NCBI GenBank assembly: GCA_022813965.1
Contig: JALDZS010000014.1
Location: forward strand, 1-64,000
Source of the DNA: Toensbergia leucococca
Taxonomy: Eukaryota
Direction: 5' to 3'
Length of the DNA: 64,000 nt
The notes beneath the pieces were generated by a model. That model was not told where the DNA came from, did no database searches, and worked only from the letters and a program-made list of their open reading frames with translations. Below, piece by piece: positions 25,716-39,310 of this stretch. Positions within the stretch are counted from its first letter, which is position 1; every line of letters starts with the position of its first letter. The translations under genes and the position numbers were made by a program.

Positions 25716-26313
25716 ATGGATTCCAGGGCGACCAATCTCGTGTCCAGTCTGTCGCAACGCCAACGCACTGTGGGTGGCTTTGCTGCAGCTGTGCCTGGGC
25801 AGGTTTTTTTTTTTTTTTTTTTTTACTGACGGAGATAGCCTCATTAATAATAATAATCATACCTGGGCTCGCTCGGTTTACCCATGTCTCTACCCCAGCT
25901 GCGAATTTTCCTCCACCGACCACGAAAGTCTCGACTTCCATCTCAAAGTCCATTTCCCTGCCCAAAACATCACACCCGGCCCATCTCCTGTTGACAACAA
26001 CGTTCACGGAGCACCGCACTCCACAAAGGTGATCTACGATCACGCTGCAATACCTGTCAGTGTAGTCAAGGAGCCAACTGCATCGGTGTCAGACCATCCC
26101 GAGCAGAGAAGGCATGCTTGCTCCGCCGCTGACTGCAACGGCACCTTCGCTCGCATATCTGATCTTGAGCGTCATGCTATGAAGCATCAGTCCGGAGGCA
26201 GAAAATTTGAGTGCTGGGTCCCCGGGTGCGGGTATAATGGAGAGAAAGGTTTTTATCGGAGGGACAAATTGAGGAGTCATCAGGTAAGTAGGCATGGGAT
26301 GGGGGGTGAGTAA
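25716..26313 (+). CDS. Small C2H2 zinc-finger protein (three fingers); 5' structure unresolved
   Basis: CLYPSC...HLKVH, CSAADC...DLERHAMKH, CWVPGC...FYRRDKLRSHQVSRH. No in-frame ATG precedes the fingers; the nearest ATG (25716) is out of frame across a T21 tract. Confidence 0.65.
25804..25824. repeat. Poly(T) homopolymer, 21 nt
   Basis: Direct read of the sequence. Confidence 0.95.
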
Positions 26314-26798
26314 GAGAGATGGACAGGATTAAGTGAGAAGGTGGGATAGGATGTTGGCCACTAGAGGAAAAGTAGATGGCGAAGTAAAGGTTGGTTGAGA
26401 TTGGAGAAAGTGATTTTTCGACTGCGTTAATTAGATATTCGTATATAGGTAGTTTTATGATGTTGTCCTTTGTCAGTTGATTGTCAGACTGTGATGCTTC
26501 CGAAACGAACTTGCCAAAACATAGTGAGTATAATTCCGATTCTTTTCTAGTGAGCAGCTTGATATTAGTCGCAAATTCCTGAGACTTGGATCTTGTTAGA
26601 ACTGTCCTTTCTGTCGCATATTGAAGCTCTTAATGATAGGTAGACACCTCCTTATTATTACCCGCTGAAGAAAAAGTGTTTCACCGAGTTGCACAGTGAG
26701 ACTTTACAGACCTGCATACGTTGAAGGACAGGCTTGCTTTTGACTTGGATATAATAGAGTGATGTCTCATTCAGTTGACATCACCTTGCTCAATAACC

Positions 26799-27722
26799 AT
26801 GGCATCTTTTAGCAAGCCATTCTGTCTTCTACTTGTTGGCTTTTATTGTTTAACAATTGTACACTCTTCTTCTACCATCACCAAGATTCCCCAGCAAAAC
26901 ATGTAAGACGTAGCCTTTTCACTACATTTTCGCATTGAATTGGCTGACCGTTTTCATAGTACCAGATCATTAAGTATCCGTGATCCGGTTGAGAATAGTC
27001 TTTCCCTGATGCATTATCATCATACTCACGGCATTTCCAAACGTGATGTAGCTCGGGCGGTGAACACATGTCCCGGACTTGAAGGAGGCCCTTATGGCTT
27101 TCGTTTTGTCTCATCCATTTGCCTACGGAACAGGAGACCATTCCGGGGCAAGTGGCCGACGGGAGTAGGCGGGTACGCATTGACCACAAGTCCTCAAGCT
27201 TATCGGATCTGGTGTCGTAACAACACGATGGGTGGGACGTTGGCGGTGATGCAGAATGGAATGGATGAATACATATTTGATTCCTGCCTTCCAAATGAAA
27301 TCTGCGTTGACGCCTACAAGACTATAATGACTCCTCGAGGACCGACCGACGCCGCCAATTGTATAAGCACAGATCAATACCGCAAGATCGCTGCAACGTT
27401 AAATGGAGCAACGGGCCGCATTCAAGTGCCTGAAAAAGAAGCCTCTGGTTCGCAAATACTGGTAGCAGATGCGGTGTTGACAGGCCCAACTACAGACACA
27501 TCAGCCCAAGCTGATTCGATTCAAATGAGTGCATTGAGACAGGTGTCTGCTATCAACCAAATCCCACAGTATGGGCAATTATTAGATGGGGTATGGAATT
27601 GCACGGACTGCTTCAATATTGGACCTGTAGCTTTGCCTGCAGCGACAGATGCTTTAGCTGCGTCGGTGAACTTGGCAGCTGGAGTGGCCGGGACGCTTTA
27701 CCTGACAACCTTCCTCTCATGA
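26799..27722 (+). CDS. Secreted cysteine-rich effector-like protein (intron ~26903-26959)
   Basis: Exon 1 MASFSKPFCLLLVGFYCLTIVHS is signal-peptide-like and splices in frame into the 26940 ORF. Kex2-like KR site (GISKR|DVAR); 8 Cys in the mature part. Confidence 0.78.
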
Positions 27723-27967
27723 TGATGATACCTAAAGATGAGGGAACGAGGAGGACTGCGAAAATCCAAAGGTTACTTAATCTTATCTTATCTGATGTAA
27801 CTGTAGCTGTATGATGACGACAGATACTTGGAGGTTTACCTAAGGTAGGTATGGTGTGACCATGAGGGTGTTTGACGGTTGAACAAGCCGGTTGGACGCG
27901 GACTACTGCTGCTTTACCTAAGTATTATTCTTATATTCTAATGATGCCCTTGAAGCACAGCTGAAGA

Positions 27968-30150
27968 ATGACATCTACAGGCCTTTCGCCGCGTCAAGCC
28001 CATGCCTTATACAACATCTTGTCCCACCATGAAGCCTACCACGAGATCCGACATCTCAAGGCTCACGCTTCTATAGCACGCTTTGGACCCCCCTTCAAGT
28101 CCAGTGACGAGGACCCTAGTGCTTTCCCATTGCTCCGTGCACTCCTTTCGAGATTCACATTGCCCCTTCCTGGCCTGCGTGATGTCTCGACCGATTTTTG
28201 GCAGCAAAGATGTCAAGCAATCCTCGAAGAGCTTGCCGACGCTGACTTCAGTGAAAGTTACGACAAGGGTGCTGTGGGTATACGGAGGACCTTGGCCACG
28301 GCCATAGCCGCCGCAATTGAGGGCCCAGCAAGAGGATGTCTGGGCGGTATATCCAAGCGGGACATTTTGAGGGAGGATGGTAATTACGATAGCGAAAATC
28401 CAGACGACGTGGTTATGGCTTGGGAAGATTTCAGACAACGGGTCGTGTACGGTGACCTCATAGACATCATGTTCGAAAAAGCAGCCATTACAGATCGACT
28501 CGAAGATCATGAGCCTTTGGTCCAGGCTGCTCATGAATATGTACTCATTACGTGAGTTTCATTCAAACAACCTCCAGAAGGTCCACCAATGCTATATCTG
28601 AATCTCCAGCAGCCTCGCCTCCTGTCTTCATTACATCTTGATATTATCACCAAAGGGACAGGCCTTGTTGTCTTTGATTGTACGAACAAACAACATGATT
28701 CCTTATTTTCTAATCAGACAGACTCTAAAGATGGGAAACGTTGCGTCCATGATCAATGGAATGACGAAACTACTGTTGGCCAAAATAAGCATGAACAGTG
28801 TCACCAAATGGTTTGGCATGACTGATACAGGTGACACGGGGATGAACTTGCTACAGCAGTAAGTCCAGCCGTCATTTCATTCAATACTATTGTTGACGCA
28901 TAGGCAAGGATTATTTCTACTGTGATGGGATGGGACGAGAGTGAACTGAGAGGACGACTAGCTCCGTTAGAAAAAGGGGACCATTCGCTGAGCAACGAGC
29001 AGCTGAACGCCCTCAAAGCTTATGTAGAGAAAAGCGGCGAGGAACACGAACAATATCGATCTGAAAGCCGTAAGTTTGGTCCGTCTCAGGCCACACCGGA
29101 CCACATCACTGAAGCTTCAGTATCTTAGAGACCCAGTCAACATCTATTGTTTACGTTATTCTCTCGAAAGCTTTCGTATCAACCGCTCTGTCAGAGACCC
29201 AACATACCACCGCATTAGACTACGTCTCCATCCTCCTCTCCATTCGAGACCGAAAACAGATCACAAACGTTCTATGCAACCATCAACCCGATCTAGTCAC
29301 CTCGTCTGTGAAAGACTTGGTACGAGCATACGAGCCCATTATCAGAGCTGTACACAAAGCCGTAGATCTAAGCAGCACTATTGCGGACTCCGAAGCATTC
29401 ATGAACGAGTGATCCACCCCCTCCTTTCCATCTAATTCTCAAGCATAGCTGACACTTCATAGCCTCATCAAAGCCTCCACCATGAACGACAAGAAAATGT
29501 CTCAGCCCAAAGGAGCTACAGTTGAAGACTTCGTGCGCCTCCTAAGAAAACACCAAAGCAGCTCCCACAGATTCTTGCATCAAGCCGCAAAAAACGGCCA
29601 GCAGCTCACACAATGGTACCGCGATTACGCCGTCTCGGCCGCTGCAAAATACAGACAAAATCACCACGCCCCACCCGCGGAACCTAACGGCACCGCCGCG
29701 GTCGGCAACCTGACTCCCGCCCTTGAGTCCCTCACGAAAAGCCTTTCAAAAAAAGACGCTGCGAAAGTCTTGCAAGAAATCGACGCCCATGCAGACTACC
29801 TAGACGCCCTAAGCCACACCTCCACGTCCAGAATGAAAGCCCTAATCGCCAACTCCGCGCGGGGCAAATCAGAATCCACCCACGGCCCAGGAATGTATCT
29901 CGCTAGATGGCAAGCACTAATCGATGCCACCCAGATCACACCGGCTACCTTGGAGGGACCCGTTCGCTCGGGCGGGCATGAGAGCGTCAAGGATGCGGCC
30001 CGCGTGGATGTCGATGGGGCTAGGAAGGGGGCGTCAGCGAAGGAGAAGGTGTTGGAGGATGAGAATCCGAGTGTTCCGGATGTTGAGTTGACGGTGAGGT
30101 TGCTGCTGCCTGGATTTAAGGAGGCGTTGGGACGGTATGTGGATGGGTGA
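27968..30150 (+). CDS. PX-associated (PXB) plus DUF3818 domain protein, Ypr097w-related, multi-exon
   Basis: N-terminus LSPRQAHALYNILSHHEAYHEI...FGPPF (PXB-like), FSESYDKG, IPYFLIRQTLKMGNVASMINGMTKLLLAK and MNLLQ|IIS (DUF3818-like). ORF pieces are joined by canonical introns. Confidence 0.78.
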
Positions 30151-30852
30151 GGGGAGTAGAAGTGTGGTCGAAGTATGTATATATTTGTTGTGCTCGAGGC
30201 AACGCATGGCTTGCTACGCAGTATAAGATACGGAAGCGCGGAGTTTGGTGGAAAATGCGACATCCATCTTAGCGAGCCCTCAAGCATGCGTTTACTTTTC
30301 TTTTTATTTTCACGTCCTCATAAAACACTCGTCTTGGTATGGAATCGCAGGCTCCCTCTCGGGATCGTTCTCGGTCATCTCCGCCAGTCCTATTCCTCAA
30401 CTTGTCTGTTCTTCTGGGAAGTTGGCGAGATCGATTTTGAGCCTTCCATTTTTTGCCCTTGACCTTTGAAGTTTTCTATTCTTTTGGCTTTGTTATCCTT
30501 GTGGCAGAAAAGATAAGTCAAGGAAAAGCAGATCACTTTAAAGGGGTTGGATTCGAATCCTTACCTGAGGAGATGAAAAGTTCCTGTTGGAGGGAAGCGG
30601 CATCTTTTGGATGTCTCTGTTGCTGGCCCGCCCACATTATCCGTAAAAACTTGTCTGGGAAGACGAGATTCCTGCATGCATGTCCCTTTCATACCTTGGT
30701 ATTCCCCAAATAGTCAAAGGGGCAATTCCGCAAAAAGGGGACAAAAGTCAAATGTCATGTTGAGAGAGGATCCGAACCCTTGGTTTCGGAAGCGGGGGCA
30801 AGAACATTGGCAAAATACAAAGGTTTATGGCCAGAGACAAAAGCCAGGGATT

Positions 30853-31820
30853 TCATTCCTCAAACTTAACATCCCCCTCGCTGACATCCGGATACACATC
30901 AAACCTCCGCTGGGTATAAATCGGAATCCCCTTCCTCACCTCCTCGATCCTCTCCCCGCTTAACTCCGCATATACAACCTCCTCCCCCTCCCCGGCCTCC
31001 CCCATCACCTCCGCGTTCGGATCAACAACCATACTATGCCCCCACGCATGATACCCGGCCTCCATATCCCGCGCCGGGCTGCACACCCCGACATAGACCT
31101 GATTATCGACCGCGCGCGCCCGGGCCTGCAGCTTCCAATGCAGCTGGCCCGTTGTCAGGTTGAAGGCGCCCGGGTACAGCAGCAGGAAGCAGCCCTTGCG
31201 CGCCGCGATGGTGGCCATTTCCGGGAAGCGGATGTCGTAGCAGATTGCGAGGGCGATGCGGCCGTAAGGGGGCAGGTCGACCAGGGTAAGTTTGTTGCCG
31301 GGGCTGAGGACGTCGGATTCTCGGAAGGTTATTTTGCCGGGGATGGAGATGTCGAAGAGGTGGAGTTTGCGGTGGGTGGCTAGTAGAGTGCCTGTTGGGG
31401 AGAAGAGAAGGGAGGTGTTGTGGTATTTTTTTGTTAGCGGGGCGTATTCGGGGATACTGCCGCCGAGGAGGTAGGTTTTTGTTTCGGCGGCGAGGGAGCT
31501 GAGGGCGTGGTAGGTGGGGGATTGGGTTGGCGTAGGCGGGGAGGGGAGGAGGGTTTCGGCATAATTAGGGAAGTGCTGCGTGCCGTAGGGGGAGTTGAAG
31601 CATTCTGGGAGGACGATAAGGGAGGCGCCTGCTTTGGAGGCCTCGAGGACTTTGGTGCGAGCGTGGTTGAGGTTGGCGGTTTTGTCGGTGCCTGTAAGTG
31701 GGGTGGAGTTAGTGGGGGGGTGGAGTTCGTTTGGGGCCGATTTTGGGGGAGGGGCAAGGAAGGACCTGTGGCTAATTGGATTAGGGCGAGCTTTAGAGGC
31801 TTTTTGAGGAGGGTTGCCAT
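30853..31820 (-). CDS. NIT3: Omega-amidase, Nit2/NIT3-type carbon-nitrogen hydrolase (one short 5' intron)
   Basis: MATLLKKPLKLALIQLATG|ADKTANL; catalytic triad LPECFNSPYG (E), HRKLHLFDI (K), ICYDIRFPE (C); also YPGAFNLTTG and AWGHS. Confidence 0.9.
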
Positions 31821-32706
31821 TCTTGTGAGGGAGTGAAGATATGAAGACCCTGTTGAGAGATTGAAGGAGGCTTCTGGACTTCACAATTGTCAGTCCACCC
31901 CTCTTTGCGATGATGTCATTCCGCTCTAAGGCTTGGTGCTTCCGGGCCGATGGTCCGGGCTCCCCGCTGGAAACCAGCCCCTATTTTCAAACAGATTTTT
32001 TAGGGGCACACCGCCAGCTGAGACCACGCTGTTCGGAATTATTTTCCCTTTTCTCTCCAGGGTGATTCTACTCCTCTTGGCAGTATCGGGCAACTTATAG
32101 AAGAGCCTTCCAAAGCCACCTAGCACATTTCAAGCCGCTCTATCGTGACTTCTTCCTCCTTCATTACTCCCCTTTCAATCGCCTCTTCTAAGAGCAGTAT
32201 TGTCTCCATCGAGGGCTCGTTCCGGCGTAGCTACAACGGCCGGCAGTCTCACTTGAATCCTTGAGCTAAATGCTGAATACTTACAGAACTGATGTCGTAA
32301 ATACGGGCTTTTCTTTTTGATTGTATTGTCTTACCCTCGTGCTTTATCTGCAATCAAGCCGTAGACTATTGGCCTTACGCTTTCAATGACATTCCTACTA
32401 CCTAAGGTACTCACAATTTTCCGGGCAGGGAAGGTCCAAGCCGTCTATCGTGCACAATGCACTTTCTGCAACGCTTAGGGAAAGTACACACCTTCTTTCC
32501 CGATGGAGGATTTCCTACCAATGTCTATGACTTGATTTGCTTCGATCCTTTGATCATCAATCTTGCGCTGCGAACCTTACTTCTAACCTTCACACCTCGC
32601 TCCATCCTCCCGGTCTTCATGTTCTTTACTTACTTACTCCCTTCTAGTTCTATTCCTAGATTACCTTATGCTCTAAATATTATAGATTACTCTGAATCAC
32701 CAGCTT

Positions 32707-35700
32707 ATGGACCAGGTTGCTCGCTGGAACGACGCAACCTCGAGTTCTGGGCGGAGACAGAGTATATCCGTACACTACGACCCTTCCTCAGCCATAGATA
32801 TCGATTTACTAACAAGAATTCGTTCCTTACTCATCTCACGCAACGACCACTATCCTCCAAAGACTCCCTACCCATCTCCCGACAACAGCATTGCTTCTCA
32901 CTACTCAGATAAGAACCGATCAAGTTACTTTCCAGATAATAGTGAGACCCTTGGATTGAACACGTTCAAGATCTTTGCAAAATTGGCTCGCTTAGATTCT
33001 CAGAAATCAAGCATGATTACCAAGGGAGTCGATAGACTTGTCGGGCAGATGGAGAACCCGAATTTGTCAGGCCGCCGAAAATGTCCCAGTCAGCCAGATA
33101 TGCGATCTGATCTCAGTACTAGCGTGGACGGTGCAGCACCACAAGTCTTATCTGGCCTGGACTACAAAACAGTTTCGCCCCATGTCGGTCGAGAACACCG
33201 TAAATCTCCAGAACTAAAGGTAGTCATTAAACCCACACCGCCAAAGCAAGCATATGGCTCCCGTATTCCTCGATATCTACTCAAAACCATTCCTCCAGCA
33301 AGCCCACAAGCTGTGAGCGACCAATTGAGACCCGAAGTGCCTCATGTCCTAGGTAGCTTTAGTACGGTCATCAGTCCGAGTTCCACTTCTCCCTCTCGAA
33401 TGTTGGATGACGGGCCACCCGCAATGAGTAGCAATACCTTGAACTCACCTTTGCAACCTGAATCTATCGCTAGCGTGACTAAAAATCCCTCGGCACCCTT
33501 GGATGAGGAGAAGATCCATTCTCTCTTGGGACAGCCCTCGATCGAATCGACCTATTCCAAGTTCTTGCACAGTTCGCCTTCAAAAGCAACTCTAAGGTCG
33601 TATGCTTCTGCAAGTCAACTAGAAAATCGGCTAGGAGCCTCTGCACAAGAGGATGATGCTGCATTGCTAGCTCAGCCGTTGCTGAAATCAAATCTTAGAC
33701 GTCGAGATTCGGAAAGTGACATATCAAGAGTTCCACTCTCTGCGACTGGGGAATACCATGGTCTAAGAGACGTTTCGCTATCACAACCAATGCTGATCCA
33801 AGCTCCGCGTCTTGAACACGTCATTGATGGCTCGGAGAGATTGAAGCATACGGGATCTGTCCTCAGTCTCAAGGGCCCTCAGATATCTAATTTGCTAGCT
33901 CAACTACCTCCGGTAAGGCAAGTGATTGTTGGTGATTTCGATGGCCAGCACCTGGTTGCGAAATCGGCTCCCAGGCTTCAGGACCTTTTATCCACAGACT
34001 CAGCCCCTGTCGAGGAAAGGAACAAACCCGTCTCGGCGAACGAAATAGATGAATTACACAACCAGTCCCTCCCACTACCTAACAACATTGGGACGACTGG
34101 ATCAGCAGAGGATGAGCGACCAAGATCAGCAAATGCACGGAGCATACCTCGGGTATATCCAGAAGTGGATGCACCGCCGTCAGTAATTTCGAAGTTACCT
34201 ACCCTGAGTAGAGCTGCATCTGCTCTGTCCATGATATCTTCGCGTTTACGCCTGCGGACATCCTCGTTAAGCTCAATGCACAAATATGGAGAGTATGGTA
34301 TCGTGAGCGATGAAAATGGCTTACCCAGGCCTCCATCTCTGCATTCTCTTGGAAATAGCGACAATGGCATCGATGAAGCAAAAATGAACCCCCTGGCACG
34401 GCAATCTGGACCGCTGCAGAAAGGCTTCCATCCGCCACTAGTGACATCAGAAGACGACACGCGTAAGGACGAGCGTGAGACAAAGCTTAATTGGATGCAA
34501 CAGATTCTTGCAAGGCGATCCACCACGTCAGCTACACCAGACAATCTTACTGCTAGACCATACCACCGACTGAGGCTTACCGTTGATGCCGCAGCAACCT
34601 CAAGTGCCAATACAAGGCCCGTAGGCGAAGGAGTTGGTTCTGTCACCAACGACAATAGCGTTCATCACCACCTGCTCGGCCAAGATCGTTCAGATGAAGC
34701 GTTCGTAATCAGACAGCAGCAGAGTAATCCCGAGTCTTTTGCTCAAGTCATTCATGACTTAGAGTCGGTGCTTGAAGAAGCTCTGCTCATAGCTCGACAG
34801 GCTACTGATAAGGATGACAACCAGAGTAGATCAATGTTACCGGCTAAGACATCCAAATCAATGTTGAATGAAATCATACATAGTCCTCTCTTACCGCACG
34901 ATCTCGAAAAAGAGTTTGATGACGAGAATGATCGACTCTCGTCGACCTCCGCAGAGCTAGAAGAGCGAACTAGGCATGCTGAACACAGCCAAGATCATGT
35001 TATTGTCGTCGAACCAGAGAGAGAGTCTCGCTACCATGGGCATTTCAAGAACGCACGCCGCGCAACCCCATATCCTGCAAGTTCTGCTGTTCAGACCGGG
35101 AATCCTTCCATGATACCCCCTTTGAACACAGGTGAGGCTGTAGGGGAGAAGATTGTGGCGCCCTTGTATTTGTCAAGAATGTCAAAACAAGCCTTGAGCG
35201 AAAAGGACTTGGCTCTAAAGACGCTCATACTCCCGTGGGAACAACCGTTAGACGAAAAGGCAGGAGACAAGGAGGACACTTTGCCGCCAATAATGTCTAA
35301 TGGTCCGACAGATACATCTGATATTATTGACTGGGGTTCAACAGTGCAGCGACAAGCTACTAGAAGTTATCACGGAGTAAGTTCGCTACCAATCGAACCC
35401 CAAAAACCGGCCTCTACAAGAAGGTCGCCGAGGGAACAGCTGAGTCACGTTTCTCGCGATTACAATCCTCCAGCAACGGCATCATCCCATGAGAGACTGC
35501 ATACCTCCAATGATACTTCCAAATCACCTGTTTACGGCCGAGCTAGCTCTGCTGACCTGCGAGCTCTGACGATGCCTGAACGAGAGACTTACTCGCCCAA
35601 ATCATCCATGGACGAATTTTCCGAGTCCCCATCAGAAGACGATACTTATCTCTTAGGCTCTGGTACCTCTGGGCCTAGAGATGCTGCAGGTATTGGACAG

Positions 35701-37699
35701 AATTACACGGGCGAGCCGCAAGGAGGAACTACTCTTGGCCCTGCAAGTGGACTCCCACATCAAGACACAATAACAGCGCTGCATCGGCCGGATACCCAGA
35801 ACCAAGTGCCTGATCAAGACCAGACTCTTGATAGCAAAGGCCTCAGTCTAAGGGGCCGTCATCATTTCAGTCTTCGAGGACACAAGGGCTTCAGTCTGAG
35901 CCGTACTCATCGTCGAGCACCAATTGCCCGTGACTGGACGAAATCAAAGAAGCGTTATGTTGCTTCTGTAACATGTATCAACACAGCACTGATGGGCCTA
36001 ATCATTGGGATCTATGCAGGCGAAGTACCGGCAATACAGTACGCTATAGTGGACGAACACCACTACGCCATTCTTGGAAATGTGGTTCTTTTCATTGGCC
36101 TGGCAATATCTACGGCGTTACTATGGCCTCTGCCTTTACTTCATGGCCGAAAGCCGTACATACTTGCAGCGCTTGCCCTGCTTCTACCGCTGCAGTTCCC
36201 ACAAGCTGTGGCAGTCGGCGCTTATAGATCACCCTACGTGGCTACCTATCGCGTCGCTTTACTTCTTCCAAGAGCCATAGCGGGGCTCGTTATGGGCTTC
36301 GTGAACATAAATCTGAAGACCACTCTTTTGGATCTCTTTGGGGCGTCTCTTCAAAGCGGTAATCCCCATCAAGAGACTGTCAATGAAAACGATGTTCGTC
36401 GCCACGGCGGCGGTATGGGAATATGGCTCGGCGTCTGGACGTGGTGCTCGATTTGTTCCATCGGGGTGGGTTTCCTCATTGGAGCAGTTATCATCAGCGG
36501 TCTCGATGTCTCTTGGGGCTTCTGGCTGACCATCATACTCACGGCGATTGTGCTTATATTAAACGTATTGACACCAGAAGTCCGTAGATCTCCTTATCGA
36601 CGTTCTATGGCCGAGGTTCGAACGGGCACCGATGTTTCTAGACGAATTGCTCGAGGGGAGATTAAGATGCATCTGCACTCTACTGGACCAAAATGGTGGT
36701 GGGAAGAAGTTTTTGCGGGTCATGTTCTTTGTGTGCGCATGCTCAAGCAACCTGGATTCGCAGTGCTGTCATTGTATCTCGGCTGGATTTATGGCCAAAT
36801 CATTATGATTATTGTGGTAAGTCCCGAAATTTCAAGTGCATTCAAGTTGGACCTCTTTGACTTTGCTACAGCTGCTAGGAGCTTTAACATCCAGATACTA
36901 CAGGTTCCGGCCACAATACGTTGGCCTCTGCGTCGCCGCTATCCCGCTTGGTGCTTTGATTGCAATTCCTTTCCAGAAAGCTTCTCTTTTCAGCCGTTCT
37001 AGGGTTCACGCTCCAAGGACTGATAGCATGACGTTACAGAAGCGCGTCATCTGGACCTCTCATCTTGGGAGGAGGGCGCTCTTTATGATTGTGCTCCCTT
37101 TTGCTGGCCTAGCTTATACATTGGCCTCTGGTGGGCCTCACATTAATTTCATGGTTCCAACGATATTCGCGGGCTTGATCGGCTTCTTGTCAAATCTGGC
37201 CATTGCTGAGTGCACGGGAATCATCATGGAGACATATGACACTTCGGATTTACAACCGGGTATGACTGGTCGACCAAGGAATAATCTGCCGGAAGAAATC
37301 CGAAGGAAAAGAACGAATTTCTCCTGCTTTCCTCGTGTCACGGCGGCTTTCGCAATCACACAATCGTGTGCTTTTTTCATTGCAGCGGCAGCTACAGGGG
37401 CAGGGGGGGCAATTGAAAGACGTCTAGGGGCACAAACGGCTACCGCAGTGGTTGCAGGTATCTTACTGGTACTAACGTTATTACTGATCGCAGTCTTAAC
37501 ACGCATCAAAGAAGTACAGGTAATTCCTACGGCAAGGTATGGCACGAATGTTCTATCGGGTCCGGAAGATGAGTGGAAGCCGGTCATCATTGGTCATCCC
37601 AGTGGGAGTACGCGGCGGATCAGTTTATTGGAGTTGGGGAAATGTAGCAGGTGGACGGAGATCAGGCGGAGGAATAAATTGACGGGCCTGGAGGACTAA
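32707..37699 (+). CDS. MFS transporter (DHA1/polyamine-transporter-like) with >1000-aa hydrophilic N-terminal extension (intron 36817-36871)
   Basis: Long Ser/Pro-rich N-terminus, then ARDWTKSKKRYVA and about 12 hydrophobic segments, including the LLHGRKP loop motif. Confidence 0.85.
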
Positions 37700-39310
37700 C
37701 AGACAGGGGGTTGTAATTCGTATAAGGTAGTTTCTCTCCAGGTAGTTCCTCGTCTACGATGATTGGCAAATTCGGTTAGCATGCATCAGCTTCGGGGGTG
37801 TTTAACGTGTCAAAGCTTGTAGCTTGTAGCGCATCATAAGAAGCGTTGGGGATATGAGCAGATGCAGCTACCAGCGATTGTGGGTAGGCCTCATCCCTCG
37901 TAGGGTTGGTTGGGGCCTGTACTTTCTGCCGGTGGGCCGATGCGGGATCGGAGATTTAGGCGCTTGAGTATGCAGGCAGGCAGGGTCTGAGCTTGGGAAC
38001 TGGGAAAGTACCTAGAATAGGTAGGTAGGTACCTGAGGAGGCTCGAGCTAAAGACATGCGCACACGTCGGAGAGGATGGTTCACTTCCTTCTCTCTTAGG
38101 TAGGCCTCTAGACACGACGGCGAAGGAATAGATAGATAGTTGGTCAATGCAGTACCTAGTACAGCTCATTCATGTAACTTCGGGTAGCCATGTCTTTGCT
38201 CTCTAGGTATGTGACTTCACCACCTGTCCAGTCTCGCCAGTCCATCCGTTCCCTTCCATTCGGTGATGCCTCCTTCCGCATTGGGCTGGTCGTCGTGGTT
38301 ATCATTATGTCAAAATTCAAAATTCAAAGTGTGGCGACGAGGTGTATTGCCGGGTTCAAAGTTGAAATGATTGATAGATGGAGGGCGGTGCCGGTGCCGG
38401 TGCCGATTGCCGAGTGAGTTTGCTATGGCTTCCACTTCAACCCATGAGTAATTGGACCATAATTGTTGTCAATCGACCACTAGGTACTTTGTAAGTACAT
38501 TGAGATCGTCGTCGGTGGGGCGTGTTTAGCGGCTCCTTCTAGTGGCCCCAGTGGCCCTGCTGGCCCCGCTCTAACCCCAAGCTGCTAAATTGTGCGGACC
38601 GAACAGCACTAGCGACTCTAGGCACGGACGATGGAGATCGTCAAGGACATACGACACTGAATCTACTGCGGTAGTTGGGCATAATGGCTCAATGGGCAAT
38701 CCTACGCGCCTACCCTGGCCACCTCCAGTCCTGCTTGTCTCCTCGCTCGGAAAGTGGTGATGATCAGTGGTTCAATAAGCCATGCCTGGCACTTGACCCC
38801 TACTCAAGCCGCCACAATGGCACACAGTAGCAAGCCGGCCAGATCATCAGATGGACCACTTTCTTTTTTTTGCTGCTACTGGGCCCCAGTCTTTGCAGCA
38901 CAAAGACATTCACTAATGCAAGACGAGCATACTCGGGAGGATCTAAGAAACCAATGCAAGGGACGTAGGAACGGCCCAAACTGTCTGGAAGCACGCCTCC
39001 AAAACCTTCGCAGTAAATCATCTTGTCTCAACAGGGCAATCTGCTTGCTTGTCCACTGATCTTGCTCTGCTACATTTTCCGATATCTAGCTCTTTCTTGT
39101 ACAACTTGATTACATACCTTTCATTGCAGCCTTTCCTTGTCCCTACACCCACAAGCATCAATGACACTCATGACAGCATGCTCCAAGATCCTGAATATCT
39201 GGGTCGATTGATTGGCAGAACCCGAGGCCAAGGCTCCTGTCACTTTTTTCTTGCAGCGAAGCTTGCTTTGAATCCCGAAAGATCGATTTTCGCTGCATCG
39301 ACCTCTGGCG

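Noticed and set aside
38005..38165. TAGG/TACC-type short repeats (also ~658, 3510, 27843, 46024)
   Set aside because: Short low-copy microsatellite-like motifs common in fungal intergenic DNA; no array structure, not CRISPR or telomeric.
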